Assembly: GCA_951406725.2 (NCBI GenBank)
Contig: OX597819.1
Coordinates: 90,830,001-90,894,000, forward strand
Length of the DNA: 64,000 bases
Origin: Octopus vulgaris
Taxonomy: Eukaryota
Direction of reading: 5' to 3'
Position 1 is the stretch's first letter. Each line of letters opens with the position of its first letter. Made by a program: the position numbers and the translations under genes. Below, one piece after another: positions 23,106 through 35,980 of the stretch. The notes beneath the pieces were generated by a model. It saw nothing but the letters and a program-made list of their open reading frames with translations, had not been told where the DNA came from and did not search any database.

Positions 23106-23587
23106 ACATAGAAGGTCTCTCATTAGTTTCTACCTTACTTGTACACTACCTTTGACTGTGATGGTTAACCTTTTTCCGTGTATGGTCATGCTTCATTACC
23201 ATCCTTGACCACCCCTGCTTGATGGCTATATTTGACCACCATCCTCAAATACATAACAGAATTATCAGTAATCAAGAAACTATTTTATGATTTTCATATT
23301 TATAAAAATCAGTGCCAGTATTTCATTTTTTTGTATTTACACCTAAACATAGACTTAACAACCTTCTTCCTTTCTTATTTTTAGAGCCAACTCTCTCTCA
23401 TGCCTCTTCTGTCTCTTCTGTGTTTCTGTTTTCATATCTCTTTTCATTTTTCCTCTCTATCTCTCTTACTTGCATTCTCTATCTCTCTATCTCTCTCTCT
23501 CTTACAGTCACACATTGTACAGAGTGTCAGTCATCAGGGGACATTGAAATCTCATATTTGCATAACTTGGAGGTTAATAGTCTATAA

Positions 23588-23887
23588 CAATGGTCCTCCC
23601 AAAATAGGCAGTAATGACCCCACCCTGTGGGGGAGGGGTAGTGGAAGGATCCGGGGGTGGGTGGGATGGAGGCATTGAAGAAAAGTGGAGCAATATAGTG
23701 GGTTGGCCAAAAGGGGGTGATGGAGATAAAAATCCCAAATTAGCGGATTAATTAAGTGAAGTTTTATTTGTGCTTTGAATTTGCTTCAGAAAGTGGTCTA
23801 TGTTTGTGGCAGTGAGGTGAGAGGAGGCGTTAGGAATATGACCTGGGTGCCAAGTGGGTGGCAGCCCCCAAAAGTTTGAGGATACTT
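23588..23887. mobile_element. hAT MITE, degraded
   Basis: caatggtcctcccaaa / tttgaggatactt termini; imperfect 8-bp TSD gtctataa / atctacaa. Confidence 0.6.
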
Positions 23888-24108
23888 ATCTACAAGGTGT
23901 CGATCTCCAGCAGATACAACTCACTTTTATAGTGAAGTTTTTGGGCTTTTTTTATATTGCTCAGGAGGTAAAGGCAGTGCCTGTAACCATTTATAGGGTC
24001 CACAAGATTAGTGGGATCAATGGAGGAAGGTAACCTCAAATTGGATATTTAACCTGAATGCCTGTAAAGAATAGAACTTTCATTCCTTGACTAAATAATA
24101 TATGTATA

Positions 24109-24502
24109 TGAGTGGCTGTGTGGTAAGTAGCTTGCTTACCAAACACATGGTTCCGGGTTCAGTCCCAGTGTGAGGCGCCTCAGGCAAGTGTGTTCTACTA
24201 TAGCTCCAGGATGACCAAAGCCTTGTGAGTGGATTTGGTAGACGGAAACTGAAAGAAGCCTGTCGTATATATGTATGTGTATATATATATGTGTGTGTGT
24301 TTGTGTGTCTGTGTTTGTCCTCTACAACATCACTTGACAACCGATGCTGGTGTGTTTACATCCCCGTAACTTAGCAGTTTGGCAAAAGAGACTGATAGAA
24401 TAAGTACTAGGCTTACAAAGAATAAGTACTGGAGTTGATTTGCTCGACTAAAGGCTGTGCTCCAGCATGGCTGCAGTCAAATGACTGAAACACGTAAAAG
24501 AG
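24109..24502 (+). mobile_element. SINE family A, full length
   Basis: Aligns with 59418-59823 along its length. Confidence 0.9.
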
Positions 24503-24530
24503 TATATATATGTGTGTGTATATATATATA

Positions 24531-24580
<50 letters not shown>

Positions 24581-25700
24581 CATACATACTTACACACATA
24601 TATCCACACACATACACACACACATTTATGCATTTTTTGTTTGTGTGTGTGTATGCATAGTTTGTGTTATCACTTCCTAATTTACAACAATAGGAATTCT
24701 CCCATTCTGCTACCAGTTGTGAATGACATCTGCTAAGGAGTTACCAAACAAGTCTGGTTTGAATATATAAAACTGAACCACGTGATCTGCACCTCGTGCA
24801 GCTGATCCATTTCCTGTATTACAGCCATTATTGTTTGCTTTTTGCAGTATCTCGTGTCTTCTGTTGAAATCTGTGACAGTTCACAGAGGTAGGTACTAAA
24901 TTTCTCGACTGTCTTCAATCACTTACCTACTTTAAAAACCAAGCAAAATGCTGCTAGAAAGCCATCACCTGTACTTGAAGCTGAGAAGTTCGTACTTGCC
25001 CTGGTCCACCAAAGACTGAACTGTGGTTTTGTTGCCACATGTAACTCTGCGACACAAGTTTATAAGACAGCTTGTGTTCCCTCATGTTTTAGAGCTTGTG
25101 CCCTAGCTCTGACAAATGTTACCTTCATAGTCTGCATTGGTGAAATGATTGGGAATCATTCTCACTGCTGGTGTATTGCTTTTATTAGTTGCCTCTTCTG
25201 TTGCTAATTAGCTCTCCTCTTCAATCTACTACGCTCTAACACAAGCTCATTACAAAGCACAATCAATTCTGATGGCATCAACATTTTGAGGGCACCCTAC
25301 CATCAGTTGTTGATGATAACTCTGTCAGCTGCTGCTTAACTAATTCACTACTCCAATCCCTGTAGTGTTTGTGCACCAGTCTAGACACAGTCAGCTTCCA
25401 GCAAATAGTTATTGTCAGTGGGTCCTTAGTCAATCATGCATATCATAAATTTGTTGTCTGTGTTGCTGACCAGTTAGAATTGTAAACCTCCTGCATTGTC
25501 TCTAACCAGATAGTGCAGATTGTTCAGAGGATGTGTAGGACGTTTTGGTCAAGCAAAAGCTCTGCCCTAGATATGACCTGGATGACTTGACGAGGTTTTT
25601 CCATGACTGCAGTGGTTATCTTTGAAATCCTGCCACTACTTGTTAACAGGTAGTGGAAATATCTGAGCAAGTTTTTGAGTCTTTTGCATCCTCTTCTCCT

Positions 25701-25777
25701 GTGTCTTCTACTATAGCCTCGGGCCAACCAAAGCCTTGTGAGTGGATTTGGTAGACGGAAACTGAAAGAAGCCTATC

Positions 25778-25814
<37 letters not shown>

Positions 25815-26048
25815 TGTATGTGTTTGTATATGTTTGTGTATCTGTGTTTGTCCCACCAACATCGCTTGACAACCGATGCTGGTGTGTTTATGTCCCTGTC
25901 ACTTAGTGGTTCGGCCAGAGAGACCGATAGAATAAGTACTAGGCTTACAAAGAATAAGTCCTGGGGTTGATTTGCTCAACTAAAGGCGGTGCTCCAGCAT
26001 GGCTGCAGTCAAATGACTGAAACGAACAAAAGAAAAGAGAAAAGAAAG
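25701..26048 (+). mobile_element. SINE family A, 5'-truncated
   Basis: Starts at gtgtcttctactatagcc; tail intact. Confidence 0.88.
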
Positions 26049-26050
26049 AA

Positions 26051-26087
<37 letters not shown>

Positions 26088-26090
<3 letters not shown>

Positions 26091-26945
26091 GGTGCGATGG
26101 GTAAATTGTCACTATTTTATACTTTTAGTTTCGCATATGTACATTGTTTGTTTTTGATTTTGTTGACTACACAGTTTAGTAGGGTCAGTAAGAAAAACAA
26201 CACCATGACATAATTCACACTGCCAAAAATTTGGAAACAACATGCTGTACTGCTTGGCATTCAAACTAGAAGCTCCAATATGAACATTTCAGAGTGTTCG
26301 GGTGTCAATCTGAGGACATGTACTGAGAGTGATAAAAATCAAGCATCCACTCAACATCATGGTGTTCAGAGTGATCACTAATAATGGCGATGTTATGCCA
26401 CCATTCATCTTCCCACACGGCTTCAGACTCAACATGGAGGCCTACATCAAGTGCCTGGAGGAGGTAGTGCTGTCCTGGGTCAAGAGGATGGCTGTTGGAA
26501 GACTTTGTGTCAAGCATCAGGACTCTGCACCATGCCACACAAGCAGGAGACCCAGTCATGGCTGTCAGACAATTTTTGTGACCACATCACCCCTAACATC
26601 TGGCCACCTAACTCCCCAGACTGCAACTCCCTTGATTATTACGTGTGGGGCACAGTTGAGTGAGAGACCAACAAAACTCCTTGTAACACCAAAGATGAAC
26701 TTAAGTTAAGGATTATGGCAGCATTCACCAACATAAACAAGGAGAACATCCAGAAGAGTTGCAGGAGATTCTGAAGTCATCTGGAGGCCGTGGTTGAATC
26801 CAATGGCGATTTTATTGAATAAATTTACTCTTTGGTATTTGAAAATATTTTTGTGTAACTTAGGTAAATATATCTGCTAAAATGAGATGTCAGTATTATT
26901 TTAATTTTTGTGTAATTTAGACGACAGTTTATTCACTGCACCCTG
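26088..26945 (+). mobile_element. Tc1/mariner DD37D (maT-type) internally deleted transposon
   Basis: TIR .agggtgcgatgggtaaattgtc / gacagtttattcactgcaccctg followed by TA. QDSAPCH...WPPNSPDCN.LDYYVWG has 37 residues between the two Asp after correcting a frameshift. Confidence 0.9.
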
Positions 26946-27489
26946 TATATATATGTACATACATGCACTCAGTGGGCTTCCAAGCAGTTTCCATCTACCA
27001 AATTCACCCCCAGGGTCTAGAGTAGGAAACACTGGCTGAATGTGCTGTGCAGGGGGGCTGAACTCAAAACCATATGGTTGCAAAGTTAGCTTCTTAACCA
27101 TACAACCATTAATCTGATAATCAACTAAGCCAACTTTAATTCCCAATATCTCATTAAAATTAATTTTGTCTTTTTCTTGAGTGGTAGAGTAGCACTTTCT
27201 TATCTCAGCTCAAGGCCACATATTTATAAAAGGAGGGAAGAGAATTGTGTGATTTGCAAGCATTTCTTGAAGGCATTAAATTTCTTAGCAACATAAATAA
27301 AGTTAAGTTAATTAACTCTCACTGGGATTTAAAAGCTCAACTGAACTGCTGTGGAAGTCTCTACTTGGTCATTGATCTGCTAGAAATGGAAGAAAAAATT
27401 CCCCTCAAGATCATTAGCATTTTAAAAAAAATTGGTCATATTGGATAATGTAGAACTTGGATACACTATCTGAAAAACAAGATGCTATA

Positions 27490-27639
27490 GTGGCTAATAG
27501 ACTGCATGGTTTAGAATTTTGCTTCTCAAACACATGGTTTGGGTTCAGTCCCACTGCATAACACCTTGGGTAAGTCTTCTACTATAGCTTCCACAAGCCA
27601 ACCAAATCTGTGTGAGTGAATCTAGTCAACAGAACTCAT

Positions 27640-27683
<44 letters not shown>

Positions 27684-27925
27684 TGTGTGTGTGCACGTGT
27701 GTGTATGTGTGTGTATTTGTGTCTCCACATCTTGACATTATGTGATAGTTGTAAACAAGTGTCCCTGTCATACAAGTGTCATTCATTTCCAATCTCTCAT
27801 GAAAATTATTCCCATCAAAGGGAACTTTTACCTTGCCAGAAAAACAAGTGAGGGTTGGCAACAGGAAAGACATCCATCTGGTCGTAGAAAATATGGAAGT
27901 ATGGAAAAATGGATACTAAAACGAT
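27490..27925 (+). mobile_element. SINE with family-A-like tRNA head, (GT)n spacer and RTE-like tail
   Basis: Head gggttcagtcccactgcat.acaccttggg; tail aaacaagtgagggttggcaacaggaaagacatcc...atggaaaaatgga. Confidence 0.65.
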
Positions 27926-29224
27926 GGTGTGTGTTTAAGTCATGACTAGACTACTTTGATCATAGTTCTACCTGATAAGGCCCAGCCTGGGGCTAATCAA
28001 CAACACACAAACTACAATGACAATTAGGTCAGAAGATTCTTATCTGTGCTCAAAGCTTATCTTTGTACCTTCTGGCATTCTGCTGCTGGCTGCAATCCAC
28101 TACTTTATTTTATTAACTAATCCTATTACATTTTCATACATTGAAATTAAACATATCTTTTTATACATTTGTCAACATAGCGTGAGCCTTTCTTATTAAA
28201 TAAACTACAACACAGGCAACTCTCAAACGTGTCTGCTTAAACCCCACCTCTTGAAGCACAGTTGTTTATCTGCAACCTCATCGTTTGCTGTCACTAGGAA
28301 TATGATATACAGGATTTCTTCTTAACTGAGTAAACAACTTAATAAATGAAATAAAATAAAATAAAATAAAATAAAATAAAATAAAATGGAAGTACAGTTG
28401 TACAGCTGTACAGTGTTTATCTTAATTCTATTAATATATATTTGATATAGTGTAATTCCCTCCTCTTTTTCTTCTGTTTTTGTATCTTCTGCCCTTTCCT
28501 CCATCCTCTCTGTCTCTCCTCTCTCTATTTTTCTCCTCTCTTCTCTCTCTCTCTAGTTATCTATCTCTCCACACTATCTAGCTATCTTCCTTAGCCTTAG
28601 CAACACCTGTGCAATTAGTTTTGACTCCCAATAACTTTTATCTCCTGAAGTATATATTCATTACCTTTTTCTCTCTCTAGTAAAGTCTGACAATAGTGCC
28701 AACACACACCAAGCATTATATGAATGATATCAACACACACACACACACTGGATTTGGTTCATCGAGTGTGTGACCTACACTACAAAAAGAAAACAAAAAA
28801 AAACCGAACAAAAAGAAATCTTGTTTGCTTTTTCTTTTCTTTTTTTTTTCCTATTTATTACAAAAATATCTCCTGACTTCACTTTTGTGTTCATTGACCA
28901 AGAAAAAGAGAACAAAAGCACCTTCCACTCTCACCATCACACAATAACCACAACCCACCACCACCACCACCACCACAACAACAAGAACAAGAACAAGAAC
29001 AAGAACAAGAACAACAACAACAACAAATAAACATTCAGCATAATTCATTGTTTTTTTCTTTTTAAATAATTATGATACATATAGTTGGGTAAAAATGCAC
29101 AACTAAAAAAGAAGTGGTTCCTTTGTAAATAAATAACTGTAAAGCCATTAATTTTAGTGAATGCAAATCAGAATAACAACACAGTGGTTTGTCCTAGTTA
29201 TTTAGTACTTTAGTTATTTAGTAC

Positions 29225-29600
29225 TTTACCAAGGACTCAGTTTGTATTTTCAATGATATTTATTTATTGCTTAATCAGGCAGGTCAGACCATGCTGGAGC
29301 CCAGGTTTCTTACTACAAAGTGAAAATCTCTTTTACCAAGGTCTCAATGTTGTGGTTTCAATGATTTTAATTTATTGGTAACTCAGAAGGGATGGACCAT
29401 ATTGGAGCTTGGTTTCTAATTACAAAGCAAAGTGCTCAGTTCTGTGGTTTCAGTGCTTTTTTTATTTGTTGCATACACAGGAGGGACAGACCATACTGGA
29501 GCCCTGCATTCACACTACAAAGTGAAGGAACCTTATACTTAGGATTCAGTTTTGTGGTTCCAGTATTTTTTATTTATTGGTTATCTAGGAGGGATGGGTT
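29225..29600. repeat. Diverged ~100-bp tandem array (3-4 units)
   Basis: Recurrent gaccat.(c/t)tggagc...tacaaag...tgtggtt.ca...tttattg. Confidence 0.7.
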
Positions 29601-30089
29601 GTGCTCTCAACTCTTTATAGGACCTCTAAGACTGGTGGAAGGAAGAAAAGAAGGTATCCTTAAACTGGCAAGCAGGCTTGAGTGCTTGCAACAGTGTGAA
29701 TTCCAGTAAAAACACCCAGATGTCAGGTGACGGTGTTAAAATGGATGACAGATTTAGTCTACCACCCAAGTAAACCATGGTGGGTTTTGAACTCAGAATG
29801 CAAAGAACTGAAACAAGATGCAGAAAAACATCTTGTTTGAGGTTTTAATGAGTTTGACAGTCAACCACGCTTGAGTGATACGTTATGTATTGGCCCAGAA
29901 GGCTGAAAGGTGAAGGCAACTTTGGTGGAATTTGAATTCAGAAGATGAGGATCCATAATAAATACCATAAGGTACTTTGTTCGATGATTTAATACCTATG
30001 CTATTTCCCTGCTTGAGGTCAAACTCCAAATATGAATGAGCGATAATCTTGATGAAGATTAAGGATATTTGTGTTTAAAGATATTTCTC

Positions 30090-30328
30090 TATTTCTTATT
30101 TCTTTATTGCCCACAAGGGGCTAAACATAGAGGGGACAAACAAGGACAGACAAAGGGATTAAGTTGATTATATTGACCCCAGTACGTAACTAGTGCTTAC
30201 TTTATCAACCCCAAAAAGATGAAAGGCAAAGTCAACCTTGGTGGAATTTGAACCCAGAACGTAACAGCAGACAAAATACCGCTATGCATTTCGCCCGGTG
30301 TGCTAACCGTTCTGCCGGCTTGCCACCT
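30090..30328 (-). mobile_element. SINE family B (Meta-domain-like), full length
   Basis: Reverse complement of the 18904-19137 family; flanked by a tatttctctatttct direct repeat. Confidence 0.85.
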
Positions 30329-30574
30329 TATTTCTCTATTTCTATGTGTTTCTTTACAATTTTTGTTTCCTCCACAAACCTATAGTATAATGACATTTAA
30401 AGATAAAGCATTATTTTGTATAATGAATTGAGGGAATATGTTGAATGTTGGACAAAATACTTTACAGTATTGAATTGCATTCCTTTACATACTGAATTCA
30501 AATACTACCAAAGCCAACTTTGCCTTTCATCCTTCTAGGAGTTTAATAAAATAAATTGTCCCTCAAAGTTGGTT

Positions 30575-31080
30575 TGGTGACAGCTGAGTAATAGACAACC
30601 AGATGACAGGATAGTTTGAAGATAGGACAACTAGGTGGCAGTATAACTAGGTGATAAACAATTAGGTGATATGACTTCTGGGTGACAGGATAACTGAGTG
30701 ACAGACAAGTGGGTGATAGGCAAGTAAGTGACAGGGCAACTGGTTGATAATATAACTGAGTGACAGGATAACTGGGTGATATGACAACTAGATGACATGA
30801 CAGTTAGGTGACATGACAATTGGGTGACATGACAATTGGATAATAGACAGCTGACAAGACAACTAGGTAACTGGTCAACTGGGTTATAGGACAACTGGGT
30901 GATTGGACAACTGGGTGACAGGACAACTGGGTGATAAAATAAGTGGGTGATGTGACAGTTGGGTAACTAGACGACTGGATGACAGGATAATTGGGTGACA
31001 TGACAATTTGGTGACAAGGCAACTGGTTAACGGGATAAGTGGGTGACAGATAACTTGGCGACAGATAACTGGTGACATTA
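30575..31080. repeat. Degenerate ~15-bp minisatellite (ggacaactgggtgac-like)
   Basis: Roughly 30 diverged units read directly. Confidence 0.85.
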
Positions 31081-31580
31081 AAAATGAGTAACAATTAGTT
31101 TGGTCAATTAATATCTGAATTAATTGTGCTACTAGGGTTTAATAACCAAGAGGTATAATTGTTGATGTTTAACTCCTAATCAGCTCTAATGAAGGTCATT
31201 CCAGCTGTAACCACACTTTATTTTTCGGTCTGAAGTATATTTTAAAAAAAAGATGGTCATGTCTGGAATGTTTTTTTTTAATCAATAACAACAGCAATAG
31301 CAGCAACAACAATGACAATAACAGTAACAACAGCAGCAACAATAGTGACAACAATAACATCATCATCATCATTGTTGTCGTCATCATCATCAACAACAAT
31401 AATAACAATAGCAACATTGCTTATACCTCTTGCCAATTAAATCTCTGTAGCCCCAAACACTTTGGTTTTTCATTGACCAAGCTAATCGTCACCTGGTTAT
31501 GCTGTTGCCTAATCATCTTTCATCTATTTGTATGAATGATTGCAATCATAATAAAAATCAAATATTTCTCACAGGTGAAG

Positions 31581-31673
<93 letters not shown>

Positions 31674-32299
31674 GTATACGACCTTGTATGAACATTAGAA
31701 ATATCCTTTGTTACCCATAAAATTCAATTCACTGTTACATTATTATACAGACCAGAAATACAATTGATCTCATATTACGTAGTTTTACCACTGGTTACTA
31801 TCAGGTGAATTCTATAAATCTTTGAAGCTCTTTTGTTTTGTGAATACATGATCTAAAATATGAATAAAGTATCAGGTAACAATATAAACATTTTTTTATG
31901 GCTTAGTTTGAATAAGTGCTAGCTATGGCTATGGCCATGAACTTTCTCCAGGTTTCTAAGACTTGTGGGGGGAAAGTCTTAGGTCTAAGCAACTATTGCA
32001 CAGCATGATGTGAAGGTACATGACTTAGCAATTAGTTCAGTTTGTGATTGTATGATCAAAGGTTCAATTCATGGGTGAGACAGTGCACTGTATTCTTAAG
32101 TAAGATACTTTATTTCCAGTTGTTCCAGTCTACTCAGCTATAAATGAGTAGCTCCCCTACCCTGGATATTAGTGCAGCACACTCTCCTTCCATGTCACAT
32201 CCTGGATATTCTCCAGTATCAAGGGTAAGGGGACTGAGGATTTTAGGTCCTATGTAGTTCACGACTACATAGGGCCTAAAACAAATAGCAAAAACATTG

Positions 32300-32532
32300 T
32301 ACATGTTTCGTTTTTTGATTTGGTTTTCAAGATTTTTTATATGAGTTCGTGTGTTGAAGCATATTCTGTTGTGCTTGGGGAGAGTCATTTTCTTTTTCTG
32401 CCTTATAATTTAGCACACTCACCGGTAAAATTTTGCAATGAAAATTTCAGGAAAATAAAAATAAGAAATAAGTGGTGAGTGTGTTAAATTATAAGGCACA
32501 AAAATAAAATGACTCTCCCCAGACACAACAGA
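32300..32532. mobile_element. Lopsided fold-back element
   Basis: Arms 32365-32423 and 32474-32532 (ggggagagtcatttt...gccttataattta.cacactcacc and its reverse complement). Confidence 0.7.
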
Positions 32533-32539
32533 TTGTACC

Positions 32540-32744
32540 AAGTGAAACTTGGCTTCAAATTTTGGGAGTGGGGTTAAGTCAATTACAATAACCCCAATGT
32601 TCAACTGGTACTTATTTTATCAATTCTGAAAGGATGAAAGACAAAATCAACCTTGGCATAATTTGAACTCAGAACGTAAAGGTAGATGAAATGCCGCTAA
32701 GCATTTTGCCTGGCATACTAATGAGTCTGCCAGATCACTGCCTT
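32540..32744 (-). mobile_element. SINE family B
   Basis: aactggtacttattttatc...aaaggatgaaag...tttgaactcagaacg. Confidence 0.8.
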
Positions 32745-33639
32745 GTAAAAATTACTCATGAGTGATGGTTTGTTATCCTGTAGAGTGATACAGTTCAATT
32801 TATTTGCTGTAGGCAGAGGCAGTACTACAATTCATTAACTTAATAGTTCTGAGTTCAATTCCCTTTGGAGAAAAACTATCAGTAATAAACTCACACAAAT
32901 CCAGAGCACAATTTATTTCTCTTCTTCTTAAAGATAACAGAAACTGGAGCTGACTTCCACCCTTCATACAGTACAAAAAGTATTTATTAGTTTATATTTA
33001 GCTTCAAATTGGACTAGCTGTTTGACCTATTCACCTGTTTATTCATATTCCTAATGTTTCAATCCTTCCATGATTCTCTGATGTCCATAGTCTTTTTTCT
33101 TAATTTTAGTTTCATTAGTTTAGTATCAAATTAATGTAAAATAAAATTTTATCTGAAATTAGCATCAGTCTTCCTCAGGTATCAAAACCAGAATAATGGC
33201 TACAATTTTAACAATTTTATTAGTTATGTGAACTGAGATACATAAAATCAAGTGTGTAATTTTAGCTACATGTGTGGCAGAATCCACTTTACTATTAATT
33301 TTTCATGCAGCAGATGTCCCTTGATATGTTTTCCCAGTCGTTCATTTCTGATTTTTGCTTAGTGTTTAGTCACAAAAAAAAAATCTCCAAAACCTAATAA
33401 AATTTATATACCGTTCCAGTCATTCTAAAATTGATAGTAATAGTTTGACTATCTTTTGCTAATGAAGACAAGTAAGATCAAAACATAGCTGATGTTACCA
33501 TATTGATAATGATCAGATTTATATCCCACTATATTGTGTAATTAATAAATTTTAATTAATTTAAAATTTCTTGACTCATAACATCAAATATATTAACATC
33601 TGCTTTACTACAGAGTCCACCATAAAGTCCAGTATTTGT

Positions 33640-33997
33640 TGTGGTGTCGTATCTTGTGTGCCTCAATGATTCTGAGAGCTTTGCCAGGGGAGCACAAGCT
33701 CTTGGAAGGGGTCTCCCATGTTGAACAAGTCAAAGGATAGAGGCTAGACTAATATGGACCACTGCTTCGCAAAGATAAAATGGGTTTGCATAAGGCCTAC
33801 ATCCCTAGAAAACAGCAACATTATATAGAAAAAGTGATGACAATTCAAAACCAATAAAACCTAGGAGAGGAAGGCCTTCTGTCAGGAATGAGTGTAACTC
33901 CTATACTGAGGAAGAGGCCCTGCAAAGACAGCTCAGAGTTGAGAAGAGTGGAGAAAAGTTATCAATGAGCTGTGCTCCACAGGGAGTGAATTAAGCA
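33640..33997 (+). mobile_element. Bipartite non-autonomous RTE derivative (5' UTR joined to 3' end)
   Basis: 5' part tgtgtgcctcaatga.tctgagagct.tgcc...aagctc.tgg.aggg.tctcccatg resembles RTE 5' UTRs. 3' part encodes an EWRKVIN.LCSTGSE-like ORF2 end. Confidence 0.55.
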
Positions 33998-34916
33998 GGT
34001 AGAAAATAATGTACCTTGTCCAGAGATACAAAGAAATGCCAGCTGTGGATTTGAACTTATGAGCTGTGAGTTGGTTATCTAAAAATTATGCACTTAACTA
34101 TTTCACTCCAACCTAAGTTTATGTTCCTCTGAAAAGGAAAATGGAATGGTCCTTTGCCATGCCATGCCTGGATGGATTATAATAGCAACTTTGTGTTTCT
34201 AGTTGTTAAAATCTCATCCTTTGTGTAATGAGGGCTAATAATAAGTTCGTATACAATATAATCAGAAGAGCTTATAAGAAGCAAGGGCTCAGCTGTTTCA
34301 TCAGTTTGGGATCAGGAAAGCCAATGAGAGAGCTTCATCTAAAAATATAAAAAAAAATTGTAATACTTCCTTGAATTATTAGTGGACCCAACCCTTCTTG
34401 GATCATGAAAGCAGATTTGTTCAATTTGCAAAAAATTTCTTTCACAAATCCAGACAATCAGTAGCCCTGTAGTGTATGATAGGTAAAGCTCTGAACATTT
34501 TCATCACCATATGTTTTTAGCAGCAGTGTAGCTAAGGTGAGAAAAAAGAGAGAGAGAGAGAGTGAGAGAGAGAGGCAGACAGACAGACAGACAGAGTAAG
34601 AGAATTGTTGGAGTACCAAATTAACTGAAAATTGAGGAGTAATTTGTAATGGCTTATAGTTAAGCAAATGTAAACATGTCTTAAACCCCAAAGGACTTTT
34701 AGGAGGCACTGTTTAGCTCTGATTTTATGGAGTTAAGTGAATAAAAGATAAACCTTAATCTACTCTGAGTAACATCTCCAGATGATATGCTACCAGTTTT
34801 CTATTGACTGAGTGAAATGAGTCATAGAGAATTAAGTGCATATACAAATGAATTTGAACTAAAATATATTTGCTAGCACAACAGTAACTTGTTACTTAGT
34901 CATTTGGTGTTTAGGT

Positions 34917-35134
34917 TTAATCCTTTAGTATTTCAACCAGTTATATCTAGCTACCTGTTTTATGTTCAAACTGGCCAAACCTGGCCTCTCCCACCTACAC
35001 TACAATGTCATTCTAGAAATTAACAGTGACCTCATCAAAATCTAAAAGCTATGAGATTATGCATAATTAATTCAAAACAATGTGAATAAATAAGCATTAC
35101 TTTTGGTAGAATAATGTGAATGCTAAAAGGTTAA
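34917..35134 (-). mobile_element. piggyBac-like MITE
   Basis: TTAA at both ends; reverse complement of the 10294-10520 family. Confidence 0.78.
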
Positions 35135-35854
35135 AGTACTGGTGTTAAACAGCATGTGTTAGAGAATTTGATGACCATGAAGTTGAAGAGTTCAGTAAAT
35201 TGATTTGCCATGAGCAGTGAAAAAAAGATAATGTTTTGAACACTTGAGCATCTTAAGAGAAAGAAAATATTGAGGTGTTATAGGATACAAGATCACAAAA
35301 TTATGGAGGGTATAATAAATGAAAGGAGTGGTGTGTGTGTTTGTATGTTGAAAGACAATAATAAGCCAGTGGGAAATATGAGTAGTGTGATACGTAGTGT
35401 GAGTACTGTATGAGTTGCATAGGGTGGAGGGAATAAATCATGTGAGTTGGTAAGAGTTTGCTGTAAGATCCAGGTCAGTTGAAGTGAGAGGGAGATGTTG
35501 AAGGCCAGATCAGGTGAAATAGAAGATAAGTGAGAATGCAGAACAAAGAAATTGGAGATGTAGGCAGGCAGGCGGAGGGGAAGGAGAATGGGCTGTCGAG
35601 AGTTCTGAGATCAGTAGGAATTGATTAAAGTTAAAGAATTAAGAGGATGTAGTAAATGTGAGTTTTGAAATGCTTTTTCTAAGCTGGCTGTGAATAGTCT
35701 TGGGAAATAGAATCTCTCTGTTATATGTTATTTTTGAGATGAAATTTCCTTGATTCCTTATATAATCTGATGAAAGATATAGTATGGTGGCAGATATGTC
35801 ATAAAACATTGATCAATGATCCTGAACTTTGGTTTGTTAAGGCTTGATATAATA

Positions 35855-35980
35855 TAGGAAGACCATAAACCAACAGAATGGATCTGAAAACAATAAAAAC
35901 TTAATAACATTATCAAGTCCATGAAATCATTGAAGTGGGATAGGACTGGGCATGTCCAAAGGATGGATGGCTACAGGTAG
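35855..35980 (+). mobile_element. Short RTE ORF2 remnant
   Basis: KSLKWDRTGHVQRMDGYR resembles K.LKW.WAGHV.R..D.RW. Confidence 0.45.

Noticed and set aside
28585-28605. RFX X-box-like ccttagcaac
   Set aside because: Only a half-site, expected by chance in 64 kb.
35760-35820. Additional hammerhead (CTGATGA...AAAAC...ATC)
   Set aside because: GAAA is mutated and stems I and III do not pair convincingly.
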